Origin: an uncultured Verrucomicrobiae bacterium
Lineage (GTDB): Bacteria > Verrucomicrobiota > Verrucomicrobiia > Chthoniobacterales > JAFAMB01
NCBI GenBank assembly: GCA_963762565.1
Contig: CAVXLD010000010.1
Coordinates: 448,001-512,000, forward strand
Length of the DNA stretch: 64,000 nucleotides
Reading direction: 5' to 3'
The notes beneath the pieces are model-generated. The model searched no databases. It was not told where the DNA came from and saw nothing but the letters and a program-made list of their open reading frames with translations. The translations under genes and the position numbers were made by a program. Position 1 is the stretch's first letter. Each line of letters starts with the position of its first letter. Shown here piece after piece: positions 1 through 8,129 of this stretch.

Positions 1-174
1 GCCCACCAAATGACTCTGCAATCGCTCGAAGATCTTCGGGAACAGCAAGCCTCCTCGCTTTCCTACTTCGACGCTTTCCTGATCTTTGCAGTCCTCGCAG
101 TCGGGTTGGCATTCCTTGTCTTGCTTATGAAACGCTCCGCCGCTCAAAAAGGAGCTCACATTGCTGCCGAGTAG
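1..174 (+). CDS. 3' end of DHA2/EmrB-family MFS efflux permease (partial)
   Basis: Own translation of frame 1: AHQMTLQSLEDLREQQASSLSYFDAFLIFAVLAVGLAFLVLLMKRSAAQKGAHIAAE*. The QQA-x-LSYxDAF motif plus a last TM helix is typical of the EmrB C-terminus. Confidence 0.75.
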   Translation, partial: AHQMTLQSLEDLREQQASSLSYFDAFLIFAVLAVGLAFLVLLMKRSAAQKGAHIAAE

Positions 175-205
175 GGCCCGATCATCACACTTGAGAATCG
201 CCGAC

Positions 206-1705
206 ATGAACTGTACTAGAACACTGATTGCCCGTCTGAACTGCTTCCTGATTTGTCTCTTAGCCTCCGGATGCGCTCACACCGTCGCGATCTCCTACCC
301 GCCGAAAGCCAAAATCGACCCGGATTTCAGCAAACCGGAGATGCTCTGGAACGGTGAAAGGGTTCAGGTAGAATGGACGCCCTCTCTGCGGGACGAATCA
401 TACAAATATCTGGCCAAATGCGATCAAGTCTTACTGGCAGACTCAATCCGCGAGAAAGGTCTTCGCTATGAATACAAAGTTACCGGAAAAGGGACTCCGC
501 TAGTCGTATTCGATAAGAACCCTGAAAGCACTCCTCAGGAGAAACATTATCCGAGCAGCGGTATTGTGATTGGATTAACCGCCGTCGAAGAAAGCCACCA
601 AGCGGGTCCACCCGTGCTTAAGCTATACGACGCGTTCGACCCGTCCGTCGCCCGGTCCGGTGCGGGGCCAGACCCCATCGCTGCCGACTACACCGCTACC
701 TTAGCTGTACTCTACTCACATGCCCACAAAGTAGCCGGGAGCTCCTTCGAATCGTTTATCAGACCCGACAATCCCAGGTTCGCCACCGGCATCTACCTGA
801 TTCATCCTTACGATCCCAATAGGATTCCGATCCTGTTCATTCATGGTCTGCTTTCCTCTCCCATTTCCTGGCAAAACTTGGTGAACGATCTTTGCGCGGA
901 TCCCCGCATTATCGAGCATTATCAACCTTGGTTTTTTCTTTATCCGACCGGCGAACCCGTTCTGGAAAGTGCTGCCCAACTGCGAGAACAACTGGAACAA
1001 ACCCAGCGCTTATTTGATCCGGGCGGCAATGCGGTCGCGTCGCGTCACGTCGTGGTTGTTGCTCATAGCATGGGTGGATTGCTTGCCCACACCTTAGTCT
1101 CTGACTCGGGCAATACACTCTGGAATGCGTTTGCGAACAAACCACTGAACAGTTTGACCCTGCCGGCGGATGAAAAACAATTAATTCTACGGTACTTTTT
1201 CTTCCGCCATCAGCCCTGTATCGATCGGGTTATTTTTTTGGCTGTTCCTCACCGTGGAAGCGATTTAGCGGGTGGCATCGTTGGGAGCGTGGCCAACCGA
1301 TTTATACACCAATCGCGGAATCCGGCTCGCGTGTTGAGGGAATTGTCCACACAATACCCTGGAATTCTGGATACCTACTACGCTCGGGTAAGTATGCACG
1401 GTGGACCAAATAGCCTAATTTCACTAGCGCCAAACCCTTTGTTAGACAGCCTCGCAGACGTGCCCATCAGAGTTCCTTTTCACAGTATCATTGGCCACCT
1501 CGGCAACGACGACGGACCTGACAGTTCAGACGGAGTAGTAGCCTATTGGAGCGCTCATTTGAACGGAGCCGAGTCAGAAAAACACGTTCCGTCAGGGCAC
1601 GCCCCCTTGATTGCTCATCCTGAAACCGTGGCCGAGATTAAACGAATCCTGGAAGAGAATGTTGAGGCAAAGAGTTCGCGAGTGGGCGAAACGGCGCTGC
1701 GCTGA
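206..1705 (+). CDS. Alpha/beta-hydrolase (esterase/lipase-like) lipoprotein
   Basis: ATG 206 gives a signal peptide with lipobox LASGC. Motifs FIHGLLSSP, nucleophile elbow AHSMGG, PHRGS and SDGVV. Confidence 0.8.
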   Translation: MNCTRTLIARLNCFLICLLASGCAHTVAISYPPKAKIDPDFSKPEMLWNGERVQVEWTPSLRDESYKYLAKCDQVLLADSIREKGLRYEYKVTGKGTPLVVFDKNPESTPQEKHYPSSGIVIGLTAVEESHQAGPPVLKLYDAFDPSVARSGAGPDPIAADYTATLAVLYSHAHKVAGSSFESFIRPDNPRFATGIYLIHPYDPNRIPILFIHGLLSSPISWQNLVNDLCADPRIIEHYQPWFFLYPTGEPVLESAAQLREQLEQTQRLFDPGGNAVASRHVVVVAHSMGGLLAHTLVSDSGNTLWNAFANKPLNSLTLPADEKQLILRYFFFRHQPCIDRVIFLAVPHRGSDLAGGIVGSVANRFIHQSRNPARVLRELSTQYPGILDTYYARVSMHGGPNSLISLAPNPLLDSLADVPIRVPFHSIIGHLGNDDGPDSSDGVVAYWSAHLNGAESEKHVPSGHAPLIAHPETVAEIKRILEENVEAKSSRVGETALR

Positions 1706-1736
1706 CACGGCGTTGAAAGCGTAAAGCCCGGCGCCG

Positions 1737-1917
1737 GGGAGGGATCGCAGCCTGTCCGACATAGCCTTCCATCCAGGGTCTTTTCTTCCCAGCGCTGGCG
1801 ACGTCGGATCCTCGCGATCCTTTCTTACCGACGCCGAGAACCCGTTATTATCGTGGGCGAAAATACACCTTTTGATTGTGGCACGTCCTCGCGTCGCCCG
1901 GGGACGCGTGCCCTCCC
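1737..1917. repeat. Family A GGAG-type REPIN-like element, copy A1, with nested 58-bp insert (1751-1808)
   Basis: Left arm GGGAGGGATCGC..TCCTCGCGATC, right arm CGGGGACGCGTGCCCTCCC. Homologous to 4298-4475, 9991-10108 and 61558-61665. Confidence 0.85.
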
Positions 1918-1983
1918 CGATTGCCCAAAGAGATACTAAATTGCGATTGATGCTCGATTTCGTAGCTTTGAGGACAAAGGACT

Positions 1984-2361
1984 ATGAGCGACAAAGCTTC
2001 CCCATCCGAATATCTCGTCATTTGCAGAGGCCAATGGGATAAAACCGCTTCGCGAGACCAAATCCAAAACGTTATCGATCAATTCTACGTCTGGCTTAAC
2101 GGATTGGTTGACGAAGGTAAAATGAAGCACGGGCAGCGGCTAAAGTACGAAGGGAGACTCGTCAGTCGTCGAAATGCTGTAACCGATGGACCTTTCAGTG
2201 AGTCCAAGGAAGTGATTGGTGGTTTTTGGTTTGTGCTTGCTAACACCCTTGATGAAGCCGCAGAAATCGCCGCCAGCAATCCTTGTCTCGACTATGGCTT
2301 GTCCCTTGAAATCAGACCCATCGATCAAGACATTGCCTCGGCTGACAATACTAATCCCTAG
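1984..2361 (+). CDS. YciI/DGPF-family protein
   Basis: Signature TDGPFSESKEVIGGF, LEIRP at C-terminus. Confidence 0.9.
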   Translation: MSDKASPSEYLVICRGQWDKTASRDQIQNVIDQFYVWLNGLVDEGKMKHGQRLKYEGRLVSRRNAVTDGPFSESKEVIGGFWFVLANTLDEAAEIAASNPCLDYGLSLEIRPIDQDIASADNTNP

Positions 2362-2392
2362 AGGACCGCAGATTGGCCCGAACTAACAGAAG

Positions 2393-2635
2393 GGAATATC
2401 CGCAGATTACGCAGATTTCGGTTTGAGGCGGGCTTAGCCCAGCGTGAGAGAAACCGCCGAGCACGAGCGAAGTCTTGAGCCGCAGCCTTGCTGCGGTGTC
2501 AGGTTTCGCTTCTCAAAAATCTACTAGTTACTATTTCCAGAACGCTCAACCGCGTTTCGCTTGAGCTTGCCAGCCTCCAGCCGACAGACCTTCTCCAACC
2601 TCAAAACGAAATCTGCGTAATCTGCGGATATTTCC
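2393..2635. repeat. Long inverted-repeat element (family J)
   Basis: Arms GGAATATCCGCAGATTACGCAGATTTCGGTTTGAGG (2393-2428) and CCTCAAAACGAAATCTGCGTAATCTGCGGATATTTCC (2599-2635) between convergent genes. Confidence 0.85.
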
Positions 2636-2663
2636 ATTCCCCTCTTCCGCATCAATCTACGGT

Positions 2664-4160
2664 TCACGCGGGAACAGCCGCTTTAGCGATATCCCCGGCA
2701 TTGGACAGTTTCTCGACGTCCCAACAGAGGGCGATTAGCTTTTGGATTTGCTCCGGTTTGAGGATCCCTTCCGCAAGATCGGTAAACTTTGATTCGAGAT
2801 CATGATCTGTCATCGGTGCTTCCAAGCTCCCGATCGCATGCTGGATCGTTTTATCGAGTTGTCGCCCATCCTTAAGGGTCAGGGTCATCTCGACCTGCTC
2901 CGGCTTAACCGTAGAGTCGACCACAGGCGCCACGCGAGTGCGGAGGGCAACGATAGTGGGATCCTGAACAGCTCTATCGCTAAACTGCTTTTCACCGGCT
3001 GCACCCTCGACAATCGCGACCGCGACCGCGTGGTAAATGCTAAATTTACCTTCTAAGCCAGTAGTTGGCGTTTTCTTTCCGGTTAGCTCCAACACCAACG
3101 GATTTACCTTAAGATTGATCGTCTCGATTTGGTCGGGCTTGATCTGATATTGATTGCGCAATTGGATCGCGGCATCGATCGCCGGATGCATCACAATTCC
3201 GCAAGCGAAAGGTTTGTAAGTATTCAGCAGCGCCTCGTAGCGTTCCCCAAGTCCTTCGGTAATCTCTTTGTAATCCTGTTTGGTCGAGATGGTGTTAGCC
3301 CAGCCACGCTTGGCCTCGATCATCTGATCGGAACTGGTAAAATTCTTCGAGGCAAGGAATGCAGCGAATAGACCGTTACTGGCGGCGCGCCCCGGATTAA
3401 AACTTTTGTTCATTGAACCGAAGGATTCTCGAAGGCCTACAGGCTGCGATGCCGCTAGTCCAATAGCCCAAATCATTTGTTGTTCTGAAAGACCCAACAG
3501 CTTCCCGGCACTAGCCGCTGCCCCAAAGACGCCTGCAGTTCCGGTGATGTGCCAACCTCGATCATAATGATCCGGATAAACCGCGTTCCCGATCCGGCAC
3601 TCAGTTTCTACCCCAAGAATCAATGCATTCAAAAAGGCCCGGCCATCCACAGGCCGGTACTTGTCGCGCCATAGCGGAGCGGAGGCGGATTCGGCGAGCG
3701 CCAGAATGGCAGACACAACCGGACCCGCCGGATGGATGATGGTCTTCAAATGCGTATCATCGTAATCGAAAATATGTGCGGAAACGCCGTTGATAAACGC
3801 GGCGTTCATCACATCGAAACGTTCGCGGCGCCCAAGGATAGACGCTTGGGACGGTCCTGAGAATGGCGCTAAAGCGTCGACGGCAATATCGATCGTTTCA
3901 TGATGAGACCCGCCCACGGCTACGCCGACCCAATTAAGCAGGGTGCGTAGCCCTTCCTTGCGCACATTCGCGGGCAGATCCTCGTAACGGGCGGAGACAA
4001 TGTAGCTGGCGAGTATTTTGGTCACCTGCGGGATTGAAGGCGAGGGCGAGCCCATAAGCTCTCTGTTGTTGCTGGCGGCCAGCGCCAAGTCCGGCGCCAC
4101 AGCGCCGGCCGCAATAGCGGTAGTAGCGCGTAGAAAAGTCCGTCGGTCAATTTTTGCCAC
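2664..4160 (-). CDS. MmgE/PrpD family protein with Tat-like signal peptide
   Basis: Motifs AHIFDYDDTH, IHPAGPV, GWHITGTAG, KPFACG and GKFS. N-terminus DRRTFL plus hydrophobic stretch. RBS AGAGGAG upstream of GTG. Confidence 0.9.
   Translation of the reverse strand: MAKIDRRTFLRATTAIAAGAVAPDLALAASNNRELMGSPSPSIPQVTKILASYIVSARYEDLPANVRKEGLRTLLNWVGVAVGGSHHETIDIAVDALAPFSGPSQASILGRRERFDVMNAAFINGVSAHIFDYDDTHLKTIIHPAGPVVSAILALAESASAPLWRDKYRPVDGRAFLNALILGVETECRIGNAVYPDHYDRGWHITGTAGVFGAAASAGKLLGLSEQQMIWAIGLAASQPVGLRESFGSMNKSFNPGRAASNGLFAAFLASKNFTSSDQMIEAKRGWANTISTKQDYKEITEGLGERYEALLNTYKPFACGIVMHPAIDAAIQLRNQYQIKPDQIETINLKVNPLVLELTGKKTPTTGLEGKFSIYHAVAVAIVEGAAGEKQFSDRAVQDPTIVALRTRVAPVVDSTVKPEQVEMTLTLKDGRQLDKTIQHAIGSLEAPMTDHDLESKFTDLAEGILKPEQIQKLIALCWDVEKLSNAGDIAKAAVPA
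3660..3689. repeat. 30-bp palindromic mini-element apparently inserted in frame in the PrpD-like gene
   Basis: CTTGTCGCGCCATAGCGGAGCGGAGGCGGA shares both ends with the intergenic inserts at 1751, 4312 and 61595. It encodes SASAPLWRDK. Confidence 0.7.
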
Positions 4161-4180
4161 CGTATTGCTCCTCTTGGTTT

Positions 4181-4194
4181 TAGTGTCCTGTCCC
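4181..4194 (+). repeat. IS/MITE-like end TAGTGTCCTGTCCC
   Basis: Identical 14-mer also at 60611 (+) and inverted at 6082-6095. Confidence 0.7.
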
Positions 4195-4297
4195 CATCTT
4201 AGCCCCGGTTGGGCCTATCCACCACGCCGACCTACCTGGGTACTCGCAGGGCACATCGCACTCTCGTCCTCGTCCGAGATGAACGCGGCCCCTCGCC

Positions 4298-4475
4298 GGG
4301 AGGGATCGCTGCCTGTCCGACATAGCCTTCACTTCCTGGTTTCTTTTCTCCCAGCTTGGGCGACGTCGGATCCTCGCGATCAGTTGTTCTCGAAGCCCAA
4401 GGCAAACCCGGTCAGGTGTTACAGTAAGTTCCAAGATTATAGGCCTGTTCGCGGCGCGGGGACGCGCGCCCTCCC
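4298..4475. repeat. Family A element, copy A2, with nested 59-bp insert (4312-4370)
   Basis: Same arms and similar insert as A1. Confidence 0.85.
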
Positions 4476-4552
4476 CAGGTCGTGCTCACTTCGCCACTAA
4501 CAGTCGGCGTGACAAAGATCGCGTTTCCTGATTCTCTATACACGCTGTGCCT

Positions 4553-5674
4553 ATGCGGACAACGCCTTTCATTGCCGGCCTGGTTCTGTCAGGCTTGTTC
4601 GCTGCATCCGGGGAAGAGTCGCAAAATGCATCACTCCCTGAAATCAAGGCTTCAGTCCGGTTTCACTCGGATTCTTATGGCAACGTACCAGACGAAATCC
4701 AGCTACCGGCAAGTACTTTGTTAGCGTCGAAAAACCGACGAGTCATGGAAGGGGATCTAGGCCGGTTGCCGATTCGTATTTTTATCAGGGAAACACCGAA
4801 TCAGACGACGCCCGCGATCGAGGTCAACATCGTTAATAATCGGACAAATAAAGCTCTGGCGGGGTACCCAACTCAGCAAGTAGTCGGTCCGCTACGGATG
4901 CTCAGCTTCAACATCCCTCTCATACCGACCGACTTAGAGACCCTGGTTCGCACGGCAAAAAAGAGCGTCGAAGGTAAACTCGGTAAAGTCGATAACGTCA
5001 CTTTGCATATTGATGTCGACATTCCAGTCAATCCGGAAACAAATTCGGATGGTAATCTTATTTTGGATTGCCAAGATCTTCTCAGACAGGATCAGCTCGT
5101 AGTAGACGATGTATCGCAGAAGATCAATGACACTAGTACCGCCGGTGTCGTTTCGGTTGCCAACGCTTATACGGGTTGTTTAGACAAGCAGACTGAAACG
5201 TTGAGCATCGAGTTAAAGGCCGATGATAAGAAGACCATCAACCGCATCCGCCAGTTGTTACCTGATGTAGCCCCGGTTAGTTTTGATTCAGCGATAAACC
5301 AGAACGGAGGGAGTTATTTTTCTCTGCTGGCGCTTGCTAGTGTCAGTGTCGGTACCAAACAAGCCGAGACGGTAAATCGCTTAGCTAAGCAACTGGCAGG
5401 AAACGCAGCTGCGAATCCGGAGGCACGGAAAGCCGTAGCAACCGCTTTCGCGTCATGCCAGGCAGCATTAAAGGAATTAGTGGCAGCCCCAGATGGCGCA
5501 ACTGACGACGTGAATGTCGCCGATTTGAAGAAGCAGTTTCAATCGGATTTAGCCAAAGCCAAAGCTGCCTTAAAGGAGCTCCAGGAAATCGCCGCTAAGT
5601 TACCGGACAATTCCGCCATGCTCTTGGCGCAATCAACTCTCTCTATTCTGACCACACCGCAGGGGTTCGAGTAA
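4553..5674 (+). CDS. Secreted hypothetical protein
   Basis: Long ORF with N-terminal signal-like segment MRTTPFIAGLVLSGLFAASG and a helical Ala/Lys-rich C-terminal half. No family recognised. Confidence 0.7.
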   Translation: MRTTPFIAGLVLSGLFAASGEESQNASLPEIKASVRFHSDSYGNVPDEIQLPASTLLASKNRRVMEGDLGRLPIRIFIRETPNQTTPAIEVNIVNNRTNKALAGYPTQQVVGPLRMLSFNIPLIPTDLETLVRTAKKSVEGKLGKVDNVTLHIDVDIPVNPETNSDGNLILDCQDLLRQDQLVVDDVSQKINDTSTAGVVSVANAYTGCLDKQTETLSIELKADDKKTINRIRQLLPDVAPVSFDSAINQNGGSYFSLLALASVSVGTKQAETVNRLAKQLAGNAAANPEARKAVATAFASCQAALKELVAAPDGATDDVNVADLKKQFQSDLAKAKAALKELQEIAAKLPDNSAMLLAQSTLSILTTPQGFE

Positions 5675-5814
5675 GTGAATTGCACGAACCAGAACGATCG
5701 CAAAACCGAGACGGAGTGGCCCGATCGTGTTAAGCAGGCTCATACTCCGACCGCGCGTCGGAGCCATCGCTCCAGGTCAAACAGCGCCAATGTCTCGGCA
5801 CTGACTGCCAGCGT

Positions 5815-5995
5815 TGCCGACATGGACGCTGCGACCGTTGATCCAAAAACAGGCGAATTAAAACCTGAGTTCGTTCCTGACAGCAGTATCGGAAGTCCCG
5901 GCGATAAACTCCACCCCGACCGAGCCGGTTATCAAGCTATGGCCAACACCGTCGATATCAAGGTGCTCGCACCGCGAACCACAAAAGGCCTGTAG
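5815..5995 (+). pseudogene. C-terminal remnant of SGNH/GDSL hydrolase
   Basis: DMDAATVDP...GDKLHPDRAGYQAMA is block V (DxxHP). No upstream GDS block; the sequence before it does not look protein-like. Confidence 0.7.
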
Positions 5996-6081
5996 CTCAC
6001 CCAGCTTCATTACGATGAATAGAGTTTAACGAAAGCGGTACTCGCATTGCGCGCGCGCCGTTTGATTTGAGTCGGGTTTGT

Positions 6082-6095
6082 GGGACAGGACACTA
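6082..6095 (-). repeat. IS/MITE-like end (inverted copy GGGACAGGACACTA)
   Basis: Reverse complement of the 14-mer at 4181 and 60611. Confidence 0.7.
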
Positions 6096-6107
6096 GCTGG
6101 CGGAAGT

Positions 6108-7220
6108 TTATAACTTCGTTTTCGGCCCAAATACCTCGACCAATTCCTCGAGCATAGCCGCGACCCTTGTATAATTCCTTTGAGGTTCGGTAACCGGCTG
6201 ATCGGCGGAGGCTCGTTTCTCCGCCAACGCAATCAATCGCTCGCTCGTGTCAGCCGAGCCGGATTGCAGCGACTTTTTCAACTCTGTGAGATCGGAGCCG
6301 CCGGCGGGTTTATTAAGTGCTTTCAGCGGTTGATCTCCGATCACAAGCTCCCAATCATGGGTGTCGGCAAAGTAAACCGCCGTAACCCCATTCCGTTCGA
6401 CTCCGAGCTGTTGAGCAATCGTTTCGGCTAACTCTGGCCGGGTCTGTCCGGGGCCGGTGGGTTCAAACGCTGCAAAGGCTCGGGCGTAGATCTTGACTCC
6501 CGTAAATCGCTCAAAGTTCGAAAGCTTATTATTGAAACTTTTTTCTCGAGGAGGAACGGCCGGCAATATTCCGTCTTCATCCGAAAAATGAGCGAACGCG
6601 ACTCGAGGGGCTTTAGCAATTAACTGGTCGAACGCAGCTTGGTCTGCGCGAAAGGCCTTCGCCGCCGCTCCTATGCGCAAAATCTTAACCTCCATCTTGT
6701 CGCCCTTCTGTACTTGAGGCAAAACCTCGAGTCCGCTAACGACTCTACCAAAAACGCTATGCAAATAGTTCAATTGGTTTTCCGCGTCTAAAGTGATGAA
6801 GAACTGGCAGCCGTTTGTATCCGGTCCGGAATTCGCCATCGATAAGACGCCGATCGAGTCATGACGAAGCTTCGGCGAAAACTCGTCTGGAAATTCGTAG
6901 CCCGGGTCTCCGTCACCCGTACCAAGTGGATCGCCTCCTTGGATGACAAAGCCCGGTACCACTCGATGAAACGTCAATCCATCGTAGAATGGTTTGCCCG
7001 GATTAGGTCCTAAGGCCCCCTCAGCCAACCCGACAAAGTTGGTAACCGTTAAAGGAGCTTCTTGATCGAACAACCGGGCGATGATGGTCCCGCGAGGTGT
7101 AATGATTTTCGCGTAAAGGCCGTCAGGCAAATATAAAGGGGAATCGGATGGTGACGGCGAAGCTGCCATTAACCGGCTGGCAGTGATGCTAGCGAAGAGA
7201 ATGAGGATAAGCGAACGCAT
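6108..7220 (-). CDS. Exported cyclophilin-type peptidyl-prolyl isomerase with extra C-terminal domain
   Basis: APLTVTNFV, FYDGLTFHRVVPGFVIQGGDP, LSMANSGPDTNGCQFFIT; signal peptide. Confidence 0.92.
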   Translation of the reverse strand: MRSLILILFASITASRLMAASPSPSDSPLYLPDGLYAKIITPRGTIIARLFDQEAPLTVTNFVGLAEGALGPNPGKPFYDGLTFHRVVPGFVIQGGDPLGTGDGDPGYEFPDEFSPKLRHDSIGVLSMANSGPDTNGCQFFITLDAENQLNYLHSVFGRVVSGLEVLPQVQKGDKMEVKILRIGAAAKAFRADQAAFDQLIAKAPRVAFAHFSDEDGILPAVPPREKSFNNKLSNFERFTGVKIYARAFAAFEPTGPGQTRPELAETIAQQLGVERNGVTAVYFADTHDWELVIGDQPLKALNKPAGGSDLTELKKSLQSGSADTSERLIALAEKRASADQPVTEPQRNYTRVAAMLEELVEVFGPKTKL

Positions 7221-7253
7221 TGCCCGCAGTATTTAGCTCAGGAGGGGAAGAAG

Positions 7254-7538
7254 GAATAGCCGCAAAAGATCGCAAAGAACGCAAAAAAAATGGTAGGGCG
7301 AGGCTCCCGAGAGACCTAAGTGCTTCATCAGGGCTGCCGACGTGCACCACATGCGCACCGTTTTTACGCCGATACGCGCGCCGAGCCGTGCCTAGCGCTC
7401 AACCACGGCTCGGCGCGCATATCGGGTTCAGCACGGGAAATATTGACGATATGCCGATCTCCCTGCTTACCCGTACGGTGTTTCGGGAGCCTCGCCCTAC
7501 CAACGCTGGGTATCTTTTGCGATCTTTTGCGGCTATTC
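7254..7538. repeat. Family D inverted repeat enclosing family C copy C1
   Basis: GAATAGCCGCAAAAGATCGCAAA (7254-7276) and TTTGCGATCTTTTGCGGCTATTC (7516-7538). Confidence 0.85.
7292..7501. repeat. Family C GTAG REPIN-like element, copy C1
   Basis: GGTAGGGCGAGGCTCCCGA-N69-GCCGAGCCG-N17-CGGCTCGGC-N68-TCGGGAGCCTCGCCCTACC. Confidence 0.9.
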
Positions 7539-7865
7539 TTTCTCTGCTGCACGGCCCGCAGCCAACGGCACCTCAGCATTCAACCATTTGCTAAAGCTCT
7601 CATTCACTGACTCAGGCGCTATCTCGGCCACCAGATTGGTATAGCTGATATATTGCCGCACGAGCTCTTCAATCGCTTTGCGATAGCCGGCCTGGGTCTT
7701 GACCAGCAGCACGGTCTCCGGTTCTTCCACTATCTTACCTTCCCAACGATAAGCACACGTGATCGGAAACCAGTTAGTGCACACCGCCAATTGCCGCTCC
7801 AACAATGCTCTACCGATCCGGCGAGCCTCATCGTCCGTGTTCAACGTGATGTAGTAGATGCGCAT
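7533..7865 (-). CDS. cutA: Divalent-cation tolerance protein CutA (paralog 1)
   Basis: LLERQLAVCTN, YRWEGKIVEEPETVLLVKT. Confidence 0.88.
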   Translation of the reverse strand: MRIYYITLNTDDEARRIGRALLERQLAVCTNWFPITCAYRWEGKIVEEPETVLLVKTQAGYRKAIEELVRQYISYTNLVAEIAPESVNESFSKWLNAEVPLAAGRAAEKE

Positions 7866-7886
7866 GGGAGAAGAAGTACCCCAAAA

Positions 7887-8094
7887 GGTAGGGCGAGGCT
7901 CCCGAATTATAGACAGGTCGTCGCGGCGTGAAATGACGATTCATGGTATATGGGATGCAACGACTGAAAGCTGCCGAGCCGTGGGTCGCGCAATCCAAGG
8001 CTCGGCAGCTTCTATACGATGCACCTGATATACCAACGAAATGCCATTTATCCCGGCGACTCCCTTTCGGCTAATTCCGGAGCCTCGCCCTACC
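7887..8094. repeat. Family C element, copy C2
   Basis: Same four blocks; spacers N67/N16/N69. Confidence 0.9.
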
Positions 8095-8129
8095 AAACTA
8101 CCCTGCGACTCACCTTGAGGACGATCAAA

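Noticed and set aside
7292..8094. CRISPR array interpretation of the conserved-block/variable-spacer repeats
   Set aside because: Blocks are inverted and dispersed rather than tandem direct repeats, spacers are ~65 nt, and no cas genes are present.
8019..8129. Extended N-terminus of the DUF885 protein
   Set aside because: Encoded by the right half of C2; the RBS and signal peptide point to ATG 8130.
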